A DNA stretch of 64,000 nt from Hypanus sabinus (Eukaryota), in NCBI RefSeq assembly GCF_030144855.1, contig NC_082730.1, forward strand, positions 14,446,001-14,510,000. The letters are read 5' to 3'. Position numbers and translations under genes: made by a program. The notes beneath the pieces were generated by a model that saw nothing but the letters and a program-made list of their open reading frames with translations, was not told the origin of the DNA and did not search any database. This document shows, piece after piece, positions 62,978 to 64,000 of this stretch. Positions within the stretch are counted from its first letter, which is position 1; each line of letters starts with the position of its first letter.

Positions 62978-63298
62978 CAGTGTCATTGTTTTTCGGTTCA
63001 TAATGACAGAACGTTCCATTGTTGAAGATTGTTACATCTACCATTCCACTGGATTTTTTTCCAAGGCTATTTGAGGCTCTGCAGTAATATTCATGGGTCT
63101 GCTTGTCTGAGGGTTGACAAGGTAGAACCAGTTCATTGGTGTCTGAGTTCTTTCGGTCCACAATTGAGTTTTTTACATGCCATGAGTACTGAATGGGAAG
63201 GGATCCTTGGAGAGACTCACAGGTCACTAACACTGAGGCCCTGAGATGTGAGACACTTGCTGGTGATGAATATCGAAGCACAGGAACAGACACAGGTT
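62978..63298 (-). CDS. Receptor gene 2, C2a exon (copy of 6509-6829)
   Basis: Same splice sites and translation; its V and leader exons would fall just beyond the window end. Confidence 0.92.
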
Positions 63299-63353
63299 CT
63301 GTGGAAAGGAATTCAACAATCAGGCACTGAATAAACACCTGAAAATCAAGTAC

Positions 63354-63917
63354 TCTACTGACAGTTTATTAGGTACACCTGCTCACCTGCTTGTTAATGC
63401 AAGTCCCTAATTACTCTATCATCTGGCAGCAACACAGTCCATAAAAGCATGCAGACATCATCAAAAGGTTCAGATATTGTTCAGGCAGAACATCAGAATG
63501 GGGAGGAAATGTGATCTTAGTGACCTTGACCATGGAATGATACTTGGTGCCAGAAGGGGAGATTTGTGTATCTCAGAAAATGTTGATCTCCTGGGATTGT
63601 CATGTACAACAGTCTCTGGAGATTAAAGAGAATGGTGTGAGAAACAAAAAATATCCCGTGAGCAGCAATTATGTGAATAAAATACCTTGTTAATGTGAGA
63701 TGTCAGAGAAGAATGGCCAGATTGGTTCGAGCTGACAGAAAGATGACAGGAACACAAATAACTATGTTTTATGACAGTGTTGTGCAGAAGAGCATCTGAA
63801 CACACAACACATTGAACCTTGAAATGAATTGGACATAGCAGCAGAAGACCATAAAGATACACTCAGTGGCCACTTTGTTAGGCATAGGAGGTTCCTAATG
63901 AAATGGCCACTGAGTGT
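63354..63917 (+). mobile_element. Tc1-like deletion derivative, second copy
   Basis: Paralog of 6885-7448; inverted repeat at 63859-63917. Confidence 0.85.
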
Positions 63918-64000
63918 TTAAAGACACAACTTGTGAGTTATCCGTCAAATGTTTGGGAGGCTTTCAGGAGAAAATGAAATCATGACTGGGTTCAGTAACC

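Larger units (their letters stand above)
56455..64000 (+). repeat. Segmental duplicate of 1-7531 (offset 56454 rising to 56469), ~99% identical
   Basis: Base-for-base colinearity; about 20 substitutions counted by eye in the first ~2.4 kb, plus small homopolymer and microsatellite indels. Confidence 0.98.

Noticed and set aside
1-64000. CRISPR arrays, rRNA/tRNA genes, operon-like systems
   Set aside because: No regularly spaced short repeats. The tRNA-like boxes at 55295-55360 belong to a SINE head. The sequence has spliceosomal introns and vertebrate retroelements.

Overview
Repeat-rich vertebrate genomic DNA, most likely from a cartilaginous fish (ray or shark, inferred from HE1-like SINEs and HER1/CR1-like LINEs). 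Most ORFs in the supplied track are spurious or transposon debris, and no prokaryotic features are present. The window spans about one period of a ~56.46 kb, ~99% identical tandem duplication (1-7531 = 56455-64000). Each period appears to carry one minus-strand Ig-superfamily immune receptor gene of the CD300/TREM/pIgR-related, MDIR-like type. Its exons were rebuilt by hand from splice sites and phases: leader (9948-9987), 4-Cys V domain (7823-8143), C2a (6509-6829; second copy 62978-63298), C2b (53189-53506), stalk (49347-49425), Arg-containing TM (47654-47744), and probably a short tail (47110-47129, 45864-45906). This points to an activating, FcR-gamma-type receptor. The ~36 kb between the two genes is an older array of 3-4 diverged non-transposon blocks. 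These hold minus-strand exon-like cassettes with conserved splice sites: a 60-nt phase-0 exon in 4 copies that always encodes YxxM, a 104/105-nt exon that is open and encodes SLYxxL in two copies and is frameshifted in the third, and a candidate terminal exon. No known gene explains them, and they are the main lead. The rest is nested L1, CR1, Rex1/Babar, RTE, Penelope-like, Tc1, hAT-MITE and SINE sequence.
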